NCBI GenBank assembly: GCA_977017575.1
Contig: CDRNVI010000144.1
Location: 1-64,000 of the forward strand
Direction: 5' to 3'
Length of the DNA stretch: 64,000 bases
Origin: Paramoeba atlantica
Taxonomy: Eukaryota; Protista; Discosea
Below, piece after piece: positions 13,080 to 26,300 of this stretch (positions are counted from its first letter, which is position 1; the number at the start of each line of letters is the position of its first letter). Below the pieces are notes generated by a model. That model was not told where the DNA came from, searched no databases, and worked only from the letters and a program-made list of their open reading frames with translations. The translations under genes and the position numbers were made by a program.

Positions 13080-16000
13080 TCTTCTTTTACATCACTCACA
13101 CAAGTTCAATCCTTACTTACACTCCTTGAAATCTATTCACTCTGTTCATTCAAATCAGAAAGAAAAAAAGAAAAAGAAAGGAGAAAAGAAAAGAGAAAAG
13201 AGAAAAGAGATAAAAAAAAGAAAGAGAAAGAAAGAGAAAAAAGAAGAAAGAGAAAGAAAAAGACCAATATGGACAGAAAAAAGAGATTGATCTATCACTC
13301 CAATTGTTGTTGGTCTGTACATTTTATGAGAGAGAGAAGAGAAAGAGAGAAAGAAAAAGAAAAGTGAAGAGACAAGATTGGTACATAACTTCCTTCTGTT
13401 GACTTTAATTGATCTCTGTTTTCTTTCCTTTTATTTTGAGAGAGAGAGAGAAAGAAGAAAAAAAAGAAAAGAGAAAAACAAAGATAAAGGAAAGAAAAAA
13501 ATACCAATAGGTTTGAGAAAGTTCTTCAACTTTCAAATACTTTCTAAGCTTTTTCAATATATTTTTCACCTCTCTTAAATCAAAAAATTAGAAGAAAAGA
13601 TGAAGAAAGAGAGAGAAAGACAAACAGAAAAGAAGAGAAAGGAAAGAAAAAAGAAAGAAAAGAAGAACCAACTAATCACACAATAACTGAGTTTAACACA
13701 AGTCATAATGGTAAAGTGATTAATCCCACAAAAAATCACTTTTGCTTCAAAGAAATTTTTTCAATTGAAACAAACCTTTGAGAAAGAGAAAAGGGAAAGA
13801 GAGAGAAGAAAAATAAATTTAAATCAAATGATTCAAGGAAGAAAAAAATGAGTAGAAAAAAAAAAGAAAAAATGGAAAAAAATAAATGGAGCAACAAAAC
13901 TTCAACAAGTTCAATTAACTGTTCCAACAAATTCTCTCTTTATTCAATAGAAGTTCAAAAAAATAAAAAGAGAGAAAAGAGAGAGAAAGAAAAAGAGAGA
14001 AAGAAAGAGAGAAGAGAGAAGAGAGAAAAGAGAGAAAAGAGAGAAAAGAGAGAAAAGAGAAACCAGAGTAACAGTTTGTTGATAGAAAATTTCAGAGGCA
14101 ATAGGTATTGAAAGATCATTCAAATGAATTGTTATATTCTTAATATCTTTATCCTATTTTATTTTTTATTAAAGAGAGAGAAGAAGAGAGAGAAGAAGAG
14201 AAAGAAGAAGAGAGAGAAACCTTCTCTTTTGTTAATTAATTCACAAGTTGGTAAAGAGAAATAAGAAACAATATCTCTAAATAAACAACATTTATTTGTT
14301 CAGAAAAAGAGGGAAAAACAAGAAGGAATAGTATTGAAAGAGGGAGAAAGAAGGAGAAAAAGAAGGAGAGGTTTCAGCAAATTCACTCTCTATTCAATAA
14401 AAGTTCAGAAAAATAAAAAGAGAGAAAAGAGAAAAGAGAGAAAAGAGAAACCAGAGTAATGGTCTGTCAACAGAGAATTTCAGAGGCAATAAACATTGAA
14501 AAATCATTAAAACAAATTGTTATATTCTTAATATCTTTATTCTATTTTATTTTTTTATTAGAGAAAGAGAAGAGAGAAGAGGAGAAGAGAAGAGAAGAGA
14601 GAAGAGAAGAGAAAGAAGAAGAGAAAGAAGAAGAGAGAGAAACCTTCTCTTTTATTAACCAACTTACAAGTTGGCAAGAAGAAATAAGAGACAATATCTT
14701 TGAATAAACAACATTCATTTGTTCAACCAATCCTTAAATATTTCATTCTTTTTTCTGATAAAAGAGAAGAGAGAAGATAAGAACAAAAAAGAAAGAAAAG
14801 AAAAGAAAAAAGAAAAAAGAAAAAAAGAAAATACAAAATACAAAAAGAAATTATGTTCTATTTTGGGTTTAAGAAAAGTAAAATCAATAAAAATAATAAT
14901 AAGAGGAACAAAAACAGAAAGGAAAGAGATGAGAAAAAAGAAAAAGAAGAAAAAGAGAAAGAGAAAGAAAAGAGAAAAAGAAAAAAGAAAAAAGAAAGAA
15001 AAAAGAGAAAGAGAAAAAGACCAATAGAGACTTTTCTGTTTGGATTTGAGGAAAGAAGATTGATCTATCACCTCAATTATTGTTGGTCTGGACATTTTAT
15101 GAGAAAGAAAAAGAAAAAAAAGAAAGAAAGAAAAGAAAATAGAGAAAGAAAAGAAAGAAAGAAAAGAGAGAAAGAAAAGAGAGAAAGAAAAGAAAGAAAG
15201 AAAAGAGAAGAAGAAAAACAAAAAAGAGAAAGAAGAAGAGAAACAAATAAGGGAAAGAATTAGAATGAATTTCAAGTAATTTTGCTCTCTTTTTCTTCCT
15301 TCCTTCTCTTTTTCTTTCTCTCTTTCTCTCTTTCTCTCTTTCTCTCTTTCTCTCTTTCTCTCTTTCTCTCTTTCTCTCTCTCTTTTCTCTCTTTTCTCTC
15401 TCTTTTCTTTTCTTTCTTTCCCTCTTTCTTTCTGTTTTGTTTTTTTTCTCTTTTCTTTCTCTCTCTCCTTTTCTTTCTCTTTTTTTCCTTCTCTTTGAGA
15501 GAAAGAGAGAGAGAAGAAGAAAAAGAAAAGAGAAAAACAAAGATAAGGAAAGAAAAAATTACCAATAGGTTTGGGAAAGTTCTTCAACTTTCAAATACTT
15601 TCTAAGCTTTTTCAATATATTTTTCGCCTCTTTTAAATCAAAAAATTAGAAGAAAAGATGAAGAAAGAGAGAGAAAGACAAACAGAAAAGAAGAGAAAGG
15701 AAAGAAAAAAGAAAGAAAAGAAGAACCAACTAATCACACAATAACTGAGTTTAACACAAGTCATAACAGCAGGGTGATGAATCCCATAAAAAATCGCTTT
15801 TGCTCCAAAGAAATTTTTTAAATTGAAACAACCTTTGAGAAAGAGAAGAGAGAAAGGGAGAGAAGAGAAATAAATTTAAATCAATTGATTAAAGAAAGAC
15901 AAAAATGAGTAGAAAAAAGAAGAAAAAATGGAAAAAAAAAATAAATGAAGCAACAAAACTTCAACAAGCCCAATTAACTGTTCCAACAAATTCGCTCTCT

Positions 16001-17170
16001 ATTCAATAGAAGTTCAGAAAAATAAAAAGAGAGAAAAGAGAGAGAAAGAAAGAAAGAGAGAAGAGAGAAGAGAGAAGAGAGAAGAGAGAAGAGAGAAGAG
16101 AGAAGAGAAGAGAGAAAAGAGAGAGAAGAGAAACCAGAGTAATAGTCTGTCGACAGAAAATTTCAGAGGCAATAGACATTGAAAGATCATTCAAATGAAT
16201 TGTTATATTCTCAATATCTTTCTACTATTTTATTTTTTATTAGAGAGAGAGAGAGAAGAGAGAGAAGAGAGAGAAGAAGAGAAGAGAGAGAAGAGAGAGA
16301 AGAAGAGAGAGAAACCTTCTCTTTCATTAACCAACTCACAAGTTGGCAAGGAAAAATAAGACAACATCTCTGAATAAACAACATTCATTTGTTCAACCAA
16401 CCCTTGAACATTCCATTCTTTTTTCTAATAAAAGAGAAGAGAGGAGATAAGGACAAAAAAAAAAGAAAAGAAAAGGAAAAAGGAAAGAAAAAAAGAAAAA
16501 AAGAAAAAATACAAAATACAAAAGGGAATTATGTTCCATTTCGGGTCTGAGAAAAGTAAAATCAATAAAAATAATAATAAGAGGAACAAAAACAGAAAAG
16601 AGAGAGGGGAGAGAAAAAAAAAAGAGAAAAAGAAAGAGAAAGAGAAAGAGACTAATAGGGACTTTTCTGTTTGGATTTGAGGAAAAAAAATTGCCAATTA
16701 TTGTTGGTCTGTACATTTTATGAGAGAGAGAAGAGAAAATAAAGAAAGAAAAGAAAGAAAGAAAAGAAAGAAAGAAAAGAAAGAAAGAAAAGAAAGAAAG
16801 AAAAGAAAGAAAGAAAAGAGAAAACATCCAAAGAGTAAGAAGGATTACAAGAAGAATGAGGAGTCACAAATGTTGATTTTTGAGAAGAGACCACAGAGAA
16901 GGGGAGAAGAAGAAGAAGAAGAACTTTCTGGTTTCTCTTTTTTTCTTGAGATGAAAAGAAGAGAGAAAGAGATAAAAGAAGAGAAAGGAAGAGAAAGAAG
17001 AACAGAAATGAAAAAGAGAAAGAATTAGAATGAATTTCAAGTAATTTTACTTTCTTTTTCTTCTTTCCTTCTCTTTTTCTTTCTCTCTTTCTCTCTTTCT
17101 CTTTCCCTCTTCTCTTTCTCTTCTCTTTTTCTTGAAAAAAATAAATAAATTACCTTGACCATTTACGAGA
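13080..17170 (-). pseudogene. Tandemly duplicated blocks of micro-exons (about 2.5 copies) of an unknown intron-rich gene
   Basis: The same short exons recur between purine-rich spacers, e.g. NITIHLNDLS(I/M)xIASEIF-x-QQT(V/I)TL|GT at ~14060, ~14450 and ~16130, and blocks 13470-13710 versus 15530-15770. GT/AG boundaries are on the minus strand. Confidence 0.6.
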
Positions 17171-17899
17171 AGGAGGAGAAGCAAAAAGGAGGGAGAGAAG
17201 AGAGAGGGAGAGAAGAAGGAAAAGAGAGAGGAGCTTGTTTCTATTAAATAAATATTTAAATTAAAATTAAAATTAAAAAACAAAGACAGAAGAGAAAGAA
17301 AAAGAAATGAGAGAGAAAAGAAAAGAAAAGAAAAGAAAAGAAAAGAAAAGAAAGAGAAAAAAACCAAAACGGAGAGAGAGAGAAACGAAAACAAAATAAA
17401 AAATTAATTCAAAAAATAGGTTTCTTTTTTTGAACCACACAAAAAGTGATGAGAATCGAGCAGTGTGTGGTTTTTTGTTTTTTGTTTTTGAAATTCAAAA
17501 AAATTAGATTTCCTTTTAGTTTGTTAATTCTTATTCTTCTTCCTTTTTCTACTTGGTTTCAACTCCTTTTTTTACTTTTTTTTTCATCTGTCAATTTGGA
17601 AGAGAAAAACATCTTCTTTCTTTTTGGTTCTGTTGGGAACCAAACAGAACCACCTCTTCTCTTCTCTTGCTCCAACCCCTCTGATCTCTGTCTTTCTTTC
17701 TTCAAGCAAGATTTGGATTTTTCCTTGTTTGTCTGTTTTGACTTTGCAGATGGTCCTTTGGAGATGATTCACTAAAACACTTCAAAAGCAGCCTGTCTTT
17801 GCTGCTCTGTGGAGTCACAAATAAAATTATTTCTTATTTTTCTCAACAAATCAATTTGATTTCAATAGATAAAAGAGTTCTTTTGCTTAGTCCACTTTC

Positions 17900-18870
17900 A
17901 CGTTTATTTATAATGTCGATCAAAACTGAGATTCTCAGGCTTGCCCAGACTAACTACTCTATATGGAAGAGTGCTGTCCACACACACACAAATCCATGCT
18001 GCAAATGGCTGGCATTACATCAGCAAGAACATTGAACCTAACACTGTTGATGGTCCTGAAAACATCAAGTCATATTGGACAGCAGCCTTGCTCATAACAT
18101 CCTCTGTTTCAAGCGAGTTGGCATATCTGGTCACTACCGAAAGTGATGAAAGCTAATACAATCCGTCAGTTTCCTGGGCGCACATCCTGTGAAGAAAGTC
18201 AAAGCGATCTGTACCGATAGTTCTAAAGAGTACAACACTTGGAGGTTATGTTCTTATTTGGATAGAAGAGGTATTCAGAAGGAGACACCTGTGCCCTACT
18301 ATCAATGTAAAGGAAGAAGTTTGAAAGCAAGGCGCAACAATATGCATTTTTCTTGGGATTGCATCAGAACACACACAGCGGATATCTTCTTCGTCCAATC
18401 AATAAGGAGGGAAAGACATCATCACCCAAGATGCTCATTTTCGAGAAACAATCTTTCCAAAACTTGAACCTCAATTTCTAATTTCACTCAAGCTCTCACT
18501 TTTCAACAGGTTTATATCTGAACTGTAAATCAAACGAAAGTATGGTCTCACCTTTGATTATTCTGAAGCAAAAAGAAGAGGAAGAGGAAGAAGAAAAGAC
18601 TATTAGAGGATGAAGAAACTGAGAATGACACACCTCCTGGTACACTGCTGTTACAATCCGATCTTGTGATTGCAGGGAAGAATATATTTGATGAGGGTGA
18701 TGAAGAAACCAATCACAATCCTGAGCCTAAAACAACTTTCCACCAGTTCGGAGAAGTTCGAGAGTAGTTCCTGTGCCAAACCATCATTACCCCCTTGATC
18801 TCATCTCTGAGATCACAAAGCCCCTGAGCCAAAATCCTTCAAACAAGCAATTGCATGGTGTAATGAAATG
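17900..18870 (+). mobile_element. Internally deleted Ty1/Copia fragment
   Basis: Gag N-terminus RLAQTNYSIWKSAV...ANGWHYI; integrase KKVKAICTDSSKEY...YLDRRGIQKETPVPY; pre-RT EPKSFKQAIAWCNEM at ~18825-18870. Confidence 0.75.
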
Positions 18871-18980
18871 ATTGAAACCAACAATTACCATACTTTTCGT
18901 TCGCTCTTTTCACTAAATCGAAGAGAAAACTCATTCTGATTTAATCCAAACAGCATCCTCATTTTGTTCCGAATTATCAA

Positions 18981-21900
18981 TCACCTCTTCAAAAAAACAA
19001 ACTCACTCACCATTGGAAGACTTTTGTGAGAAAATCTTCTCTTTTCCACCCTGCTGAATGAAAAAGAAACCAACAAGTTTTTTCTATATTTGTGGTTTTT
19101 CCTTGTTTGTAATTGTTTGACTTCGGCAATTGCAGAACTGCCCCAATAATGTGAAGAGAATTTATTTTTGTAGTTTTTTCTTTGAGTCAAATTATTTGAA
19201 AGAGAAAGACATGTTGCCAAAAAAGATTTATCACATCCTTGAAAGTAGTTGAAGTTGAAAGAAGGAAAGGGTTATTTTATTCCAAAGTCTCGACTTTTCG
19301 ACTTTCATCTTGATAATGTTCAACAAGATCTTCGATTGCTTTGATTAGATAAGTCACCACCCGGAAACCATGAATACCTTCTTGAAAAACATCATTCTCT
19401 TGAAAAACTGTGCCGTGACACTTCTGAAATTGGTGGAATACAAGACAGAGAAAGTTAGGATGCATAGTTTGAATTCGTGCCCCCCTTCCACCATTCTGAT
19501 GCTGGAAACAAACCAAATCATTTTGTGGTAATGGATGATCACGATCACAATCTTTAATATTTGGTTCAACAAAACAGGAATAATACATCAATAAACCTGA
19601 GTTGTAAATTGGATCTTCTGAAGATCATCCACATGAAGGCTAGAACCTCCATTCTTGGCCAATTTCTTGTATTCTTCTGATGGTCGGATCAGGTTCGAGA
19701 CAGTCACTAAGACAGTCACTGAGAGAACAAAAAAGAAGAAGAAGAAGAAAAGAACAGGAGAAGAATTAATTCTGAAAGAAGAAAAGGAGCCAAGACAAGG
19801 AAAAGGGGAGTGTCAGGAGGAGACGTTTAATGAGATGAAGAAGAAGGGAGTGTTGAATTTTGTCTTTGTTTTCGAGCAAGCTTCTGGTGCACTGCATCCT
19901 TTTTCGACCTCTCTCTCTTTTCTGATTCTGACTCGTTTTCTTTTCTCTTGATACCTTCTTTGCTTTTCTCTTCGTTTTTTTTTCTTTCCTCATTATTTGT
20001 TGCCTGTTTGAAAAGAAAGTAATGAAACAAAGAAGCCAAGAGAGAGAACCTTTGACCAAGGAGTCGCAGTTGCATCAGCAACTCCAGGGCGAAAATAAAA
20101 AACTGGATTAAGAAAGAAAGAGAGAAGAAAGAGAAGAAGGAAAGAAAAAGGAGGAGAGAAAAATTATTATTTGAAAAAGAAAGAGAGAGAAGAGAAAAAG
20201 AGAAAAAGAGAATAGAGAGGAGAGAGAAAAGAAAGAAAAGAGAGAGAAAAAGAAGAAGAGAGAGAGAAAAGAGAGAGAGAGAAAAAAGAGAGAGAGAAAA
20301 GAGAGAGAGAGAGAAAAGAGAGAGAAAAGAGAGAAAACCATCAATTTGAGTCCCAGAACCACAAAAAAGAGGAAAAATTTTTTGAATTCCACAGGAAATT
20401 CTTCTTCAAAAAGTTGATTTGATAAAAAGTGAGAAAGAGAAGAGAAAGCAAAAGAAGAGAAAGAGAAAGAGAGAAGTGAAAAGAAAAGAGAGAGAGAGAG
20501 AAGTGGAGAGAGAAAACCTTTTCTCTTGCTTCATTCGTATTTGTTGATTGTTTTGGGCATGACATCCTTGCTCCTAAGAAAGAGAGAGAGAGAGAAGAGA
20601 GAAGAGAAGAGAGAAGTGGAGAAGAGGAGAGAAAATTTTATTGAGAAGGAAAAAGAGAAAGAGAGAAAGAGAGAAAGAGAGAAGAGAGAGAGAGAAAAGA
20701 AAAGAGAAAGAGAGAAAGAGAGAAAGAGAGAAGAGAGAAGAGAAAGAGAAGAGAGAAAGAGAAGAGAGAAAGAGAAGAGAGAAAAGAAACCTCCTCTCAT
20801 ATCTAAAGGTGAATTTCTCTTTTTTGGTGATTTTCTATTTATTTGAATGAGAAAGAGAAAAGAGAGAAAAGAGAGAGAGAAAGAGAGAGAGAGAGAGGAA
20901 GAGAAAGAAAAGAGAAAGAAAAGAGAAAGAAAGAGAGAGAGAGAAGAGAGAAGAGAGAAAGAGAGAAAAAGAAAACGAACAAATTTGTTGTGACTTTTCT
21001 CATTATTTGTTGCCTGTTTGAAAGGAAAGTAATGAGACAAAGAAGCCAAGAGAGAGAGAACCTGGGATGATGAGGGTTGTTGTTGTAACCTTGAGGACTT
21101 CCAGGGAGGTAAAGAAGGGAGAGGTTGGTTTCTTTTTTTGTTGTACCAATGCTTTTGGTACACGCATTGCTTTTCCTTCCTTTCTTGTTTTTCAGTTTCT
21201 GTCAGTTTTGCGAGTTTGTCTCTGTATCTTTCCATGGAAAAAGAGAGAACAGAATTCACATGATTTTTACGTTTCTTTTTTGGAAAATCGCGTCGGAAGA
21301 GTTTGAAAAAACTCTCATTTTTTCTTTTTTTTTTTTTGTTTTGTTTTGAGATGAAAAAGATTTTTATTCGAAAAAGATGGTCATAAGAGTAGGGAATGGT
21401 TGCACATTTGGCAGAATATCTCACCCAGTGAGAGGAGGAACTGCAGAAAAAGGGGGTAGTACATGTGGAAAAGAAGAGGGGGGAATGGAAATGTCATTTA
21501 GATTGAGAAATGATGAGAAGCACAGAGAATGATGGGTCAAAAGGGGGTTGCTGGGTTTTAGATTTTCCTGTATGCTCATCATGTGGTTTGCCATTGCTTT
21601 CATTAGTGCAGCTGAAATCTTCTTCTTTGCTGTTCTCAAGAAGAGGGAGAGGGGGTTGGCATCTAGAACCCGGTCATTTTGGAGGGCAATTGAGGCAAGG
21701 GACCGTAGGAGTGCACTAATGTCAGGGGATATTCCACCACCTGAGGATGAAGATGCTGGAAGGAAGATGACTTCACCTTGGAGATCGGAAAGAGTTATTT
21801 GTTTAAAGGTCCATTTCTCCTCAGGGGTGTCTCTGTCCCTTCCTGCATTAAAGTCTGTTTCAGTCAGATGTCTGTCCACATATTCTCTGCGTTTTATGAT

Positions 21901-23300
21901 CCTGGCATGGTGTGCAGGTGAGAGGGTGTTGAGTGTGGGGTCAGAGTAGGTTTTGGTGGGTGTTTGGATCACACAACAAAAGCAGGGGGTTATGTGGGTT
22001 GACACAACTCGAACATTAATACACAGATCCTGGTCCCCTTGCCACTCACGGATTGTAAGATCAGGTTGCTTGTGTGACTTCCCAATTGGCCAGTAGGCTC
22101 CATCTTGGATTGTTGTTTTTCCTGCCCAGTTGGCAATGTTCTTGAGTTCATCACGGAGAGCATGGTGTCTTCTTGTGGTTCCTCTTCCACGACTGGTGCA
22201 GTCTGAGAGGTGGAGGAAGGATGCAGCACAGAGTTCTTTTTCACAAAATCCACACTTGACAGTCCCAAGTTCACAGAGAGCCCCAAGGTGTGGGTCAACG
22301 ATGTCAAGCCTACGTCGGTAGGCTTTTTTATTCTTTTTTTATTCTTTTTTTTTCTTTTTTTTTTTTTTTCTTTTTTTTTCTTTTTTTTTCTTTTCTTTTT
22401 TTCTTTTCTTTTCTTTTTCTTTTTCTCTTTTTTTCTCTTTCCTTTTTGTCATTTTTATTCATATCTGATTTTCTGAAACAGATTTACCTTTGCATTGTCC
22501 GGTGTTTTCCTTTCTGCAGAATCAAATTGCTGAATGTAATTTATCTTTCTCGAATGTCTTTATTAATTTAAATTAATAAAGAATTATTTTCTCTCTATAT
22601 CTCTTTCTTTCTCTTCAAAAAAGAAGAGGAATTTGAAGAAGAATGTTGTCGAGCTGGCTTCTGTGTTTCTTTTGAATCCTTTCCAAGTTGATTAAGATTG
22701 TTTCAAAAATTCTCAAAAAGGCCAGTTCAGTTTTTTCTGCAATTCAAAAAAGGATTATTTGCTTTTTTTTTTAGCCTATTCTACTCTCAAAATCAGTTTA
22801 TTTGTCAAAGGACCCTATTTCTGTCGAAATAGGGAATTTGTTGTTGAAAATTTGTTGAAAATTTGTTGAAAATTTGTTGTGTATTTTTCACAACAAAAGA
22901 ATTTGATTTCAAGTATGGTACACTACTCTCATATGTGAGAGAATAACAAGAAAAGAAACAAGAAGAAACTTTGAAGAGAATAAGTTTATTTGTATTAGCA
23001 AACAGATTTTGTGAGAAAGAAGGAGTGAGAAAAAACAGCAAAAAAGAAAAGAATGTTTCGAACAGAAATGAAAGAAATATGAAATGAAAGAAGAAAGAAG
23101 AAGAAGATAGAGAAAATAGAGAAAATGCCAGTTGAGGAAAGGAAGCTGGATCATTTGGTGAAGGAAAGATGATAGAATCGTAAAACTGGGAAGAGGAAAG
23201 AAAAAAATTAAATTCTTCAAAGAAATAGAGAAAAGGAGAAAAAGAAAAGGAGAAAAAAGAAGAACAAACAAAATAGAGAAAAAAACCTCTCTCTCTCACT
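18981..23300 (-). CDS. Multi-exon gene or pseudogene of unknown function
   Basis: Protein-like exons with GT/AG borders, e.g. ORFs 21421-22005 (ending in a GTGAG donor), 21990-22307, 19277-19591 and 18981-19220 (GTGAGT donor at ~19005). It has some stops and frameshifts and an internal duplication (19987-20047 versus 20996-21058). Confidence 0.5.
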
Positions 23301-23336
23301 CCTCACTCTTTCAAAGTTTAAAAGATTCAAAAACAC

Positions 23337-26300
23337 TCATTCAAAATCTTCAAAATCTTCAAAATCATCAAAATCATCAAAATCATCATTCTCTGTTGTT
23401 GTATCATCATCATCATCATCATCATCATCACTCTTTGATGAGGAGATCTCATCGTCATCAACCAGAAGGAGGAGAGAAGATGAAGAAAGAGGAGAGTGGT
23501 TAGGATTTCTTTGGGTGGTCTTGTTCTTTTGTAAACAATGATGAGGGAATAAGTTGGTGTTGGTTTGTTGTTGTTGTTGTTGTGATTTTTTAAAGTGAAA
23601 ATTTTGTTGTGGTTCATGTGGTTCAACATAAATAAAAGAAGGAGGAGGAGAATCCTTCTCCTCCTCCTCCTTTTTTTTTAAAGGATTTTGTTTCTTCTTT
23701 CTCTTTGGTTGTGATGAAGATGAAGATGGTGGTTGCTGATTGGCAATCCTCATTGAGGAGAGGTGGTGAGTTGGTAGTGGTGGTAGTAGGAGTGAGGAGG
23801 ATTGTTGCTCGGAAGAATAAGAAGAAGAAGAAGAAGAAGGAATGATGTTTTGTTGTGAAGTACAAAGAGGAGGTCGAGGAGGTCGAGGAGGTCGAGGAGG
23901 TTGAGGAGGTTGAGGAGGTCGAGGAGGATATTGGAGCTGGTGTTGTCGTTGTGGCAATAATTGTCTGACTCTTTTTGTTCTTAATTTTGTTGTTGTTTTC
24001 TTCTTCTTCTGTAGTTTCTCCCTTTCAAACTCTTTTCTCTTTGTCTGGGGCAAACAAAACCAAATTGCTTTTTCGAATAATACGTTCCACCCCTCCCAAT
24101 GTTCTTCTTCTTCTTTTGCACTATTATCTTTATCCCAGCAGCTGCTTCGCAAAAGGTATTGCACAAAGTTTTTCCATGTAGGAAATTCATTGTCATCTCT
24201 TCGAAAAAAACTTTCCCCACTAATGAGAGCCCACAATAAATCATAATAGAGTTCCTCTTTTGTGAAAAAAGCTTTTGTTTGTCCTCCATTTGGTTTTCTT
24301 GCGCAATATTTAGAGAAGTTTTTTGAATGATGAAAGATGTTCAAATGATCAATAAAGTATTTTACAATCTTTTGAACTTGTGTCATTTCAAAAATTCGAA
24401 GTTGGAGTGAGGGTGAAAGGTCAGCTGGCCCAATATCAACACTCAAGAGAAGTTCTTTTTGGAACAAAGAAGCAGAAGAATCAGAAGAACCAGGAGGAAA
24501 ACAAGAAGAAGAAGAAGAAGAAGACTGAGGAGAAGAAGAATGCTGAAAAGAAGAACACTGAGAAGAAGGACTGAAACAATCAGAAGTCAGAGAACAAGAA
24601 GAATCAAAAGAAGAATCAGAAGAATCAGAAGAATTAGAAGAATAATCAGCAGAAGAACAAGAAGAAGAATGAGAAGAAAAAGAAGAATGAGAAGAAGAAG
24701 AAGAAGAACGAGAAGAAGAAGAAGAACAAGAACAAGAAGAAGAACGAGAAGAAGAAAAAGAATGAGAAGAAGAAGAAGAACGAGAAGAATCAGAAGAACA
24801 AGGATATCCTTGTGAAGAACCAAGTCGTTGAGAAGAACCAAGTCGTTGAGAAGAACAAGAAGAAGAACCAAGTTGAGAAGAACCAAGTTGTTGAGAATTA
24901 CTTTTTGCAAAAGAACCTTCTTTTTCTTCTTCTAAATGCTCAACATTCAATTGTTGTTGTTGGAGATGTAACACAAAATGGGATATCAAATGTGCATCAG
25001 AAAAAAGAAGAAAAAATTCTTTCTTTTTTTGAAAAAAAGATAAGAAACGAGAAAATTGTTGAGGAAGACAAGAAGAAGTTGATGAAGAAGTCAAAAAAGA
25101 CTTTTCAATCAAAGAGAGAAGAGCATCATGATGTTCTTGAGAAGGTGGTCTTTGACAAAGACCAAAAGAAGAGGTCTCTTCACAAAAAACACAAGAATAC
25201 ACTGTGTGATGAGAAGGAGGAGGATCCTTCTTGGAGAGGTCACCATTATCACTACACCCATCACCACACCCATCACCACACCCATCATCACCACCATCAC
25301 CTTTTTTTTTCATCTGTTGGAGCTGTTGTGATGAAAAAAAAGGTTCAAAAAACTCCTTCTTAAATCCAACAAATTCCTCCTCTCCACCAATCCAAAGTGG
25401 AAGAGAGCTACTTCCAAATCCTTTCCCACTTCTTTTCATACGAGTCAGTTGGCCTCCCAAAAATTTGTGACAGTATCCAAAACTGTTAATCAAATCTCGG
25501 TAAAGAGCTTGTTGATCCGTGGACAAAGGTTTTGTATCTCGCCCAAAAAAAAGTCCTCCAAAATTAAATTCTTGTGTTGGGGCCCAATGAGAAAGAAAGA
25601 GAAGATCTCGCAAATGCTGAATATAAATCTTTTGCGGGATACAAAAGATTTGATCATGATTACGAATAAAGTCAATCATCTGAAGAGAAGAAGAAGAAGA
25701 AGGAGAAGGTGGTTGAAGAGAAAGTGCCTCAAAAAGACTTTGTAGTTTTAATAATTGATTTCTTTTAATAAAAGACAAACTTTCATTAAAACTCACACCA
25801 AAAATTCGAATTTCAATCCGTACCCCACCTAGACAACCATCACCATCACCACCTCCGCCCTCCCCTCCTCTCCTCCTACCATTAACAATCTTTTCAAATT
25901 TAAAGAGTAATTTCTGAAAAGATTTTTCCCGTTGGCGCAGTGCTCCAACTGTCTTTGGCATTTCACTCCACCGAATTTTCGAGAAATTGGTCAAAAAATG
26001 GAGAATTGGTGAATAAATCTTCACCATTGCCCATTTCTCACCCAACAAAAGAAATGGTTTCGTTCGAGACCCAAAGGTCAAAGTTCCAATTGGACACTCC
26101 TCTTTGAGAATTTCTTTGAAAAAAAGAAATCCTTCAGTTGTACCACTGCCAACATCACCTTTTTCTCCTCCTTCACCTTCTCTCCCTTCTCCTCCCCCAA
26201 CAAGAGGAGGAGCTTCTTCTTCTTCTTCTTGTTCCTCTTCATCATACTTATTGTCATTATCCTTCTTCTCACTTCTTCTTCTCTTCCTCACTATCCTCTT

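Noticed and set aside
12790-17400. Dozens of K/E/R-rich and F/S/L-rich ORFs in the track (also at 20-21, 42.7-43.3 and 62-64 kb)
   Set aside because: They are translations of (GA)n, (GAAA)n and (GAGAA)n intronic microsatellites, open on both strands, with no domain content.
19620-19660. LHVDD as an HxD iron-binding motif
   Set aside because: It lies in a different frame from the downstream HGT-containing exon, and the 45-nt intron does not restore that frame.
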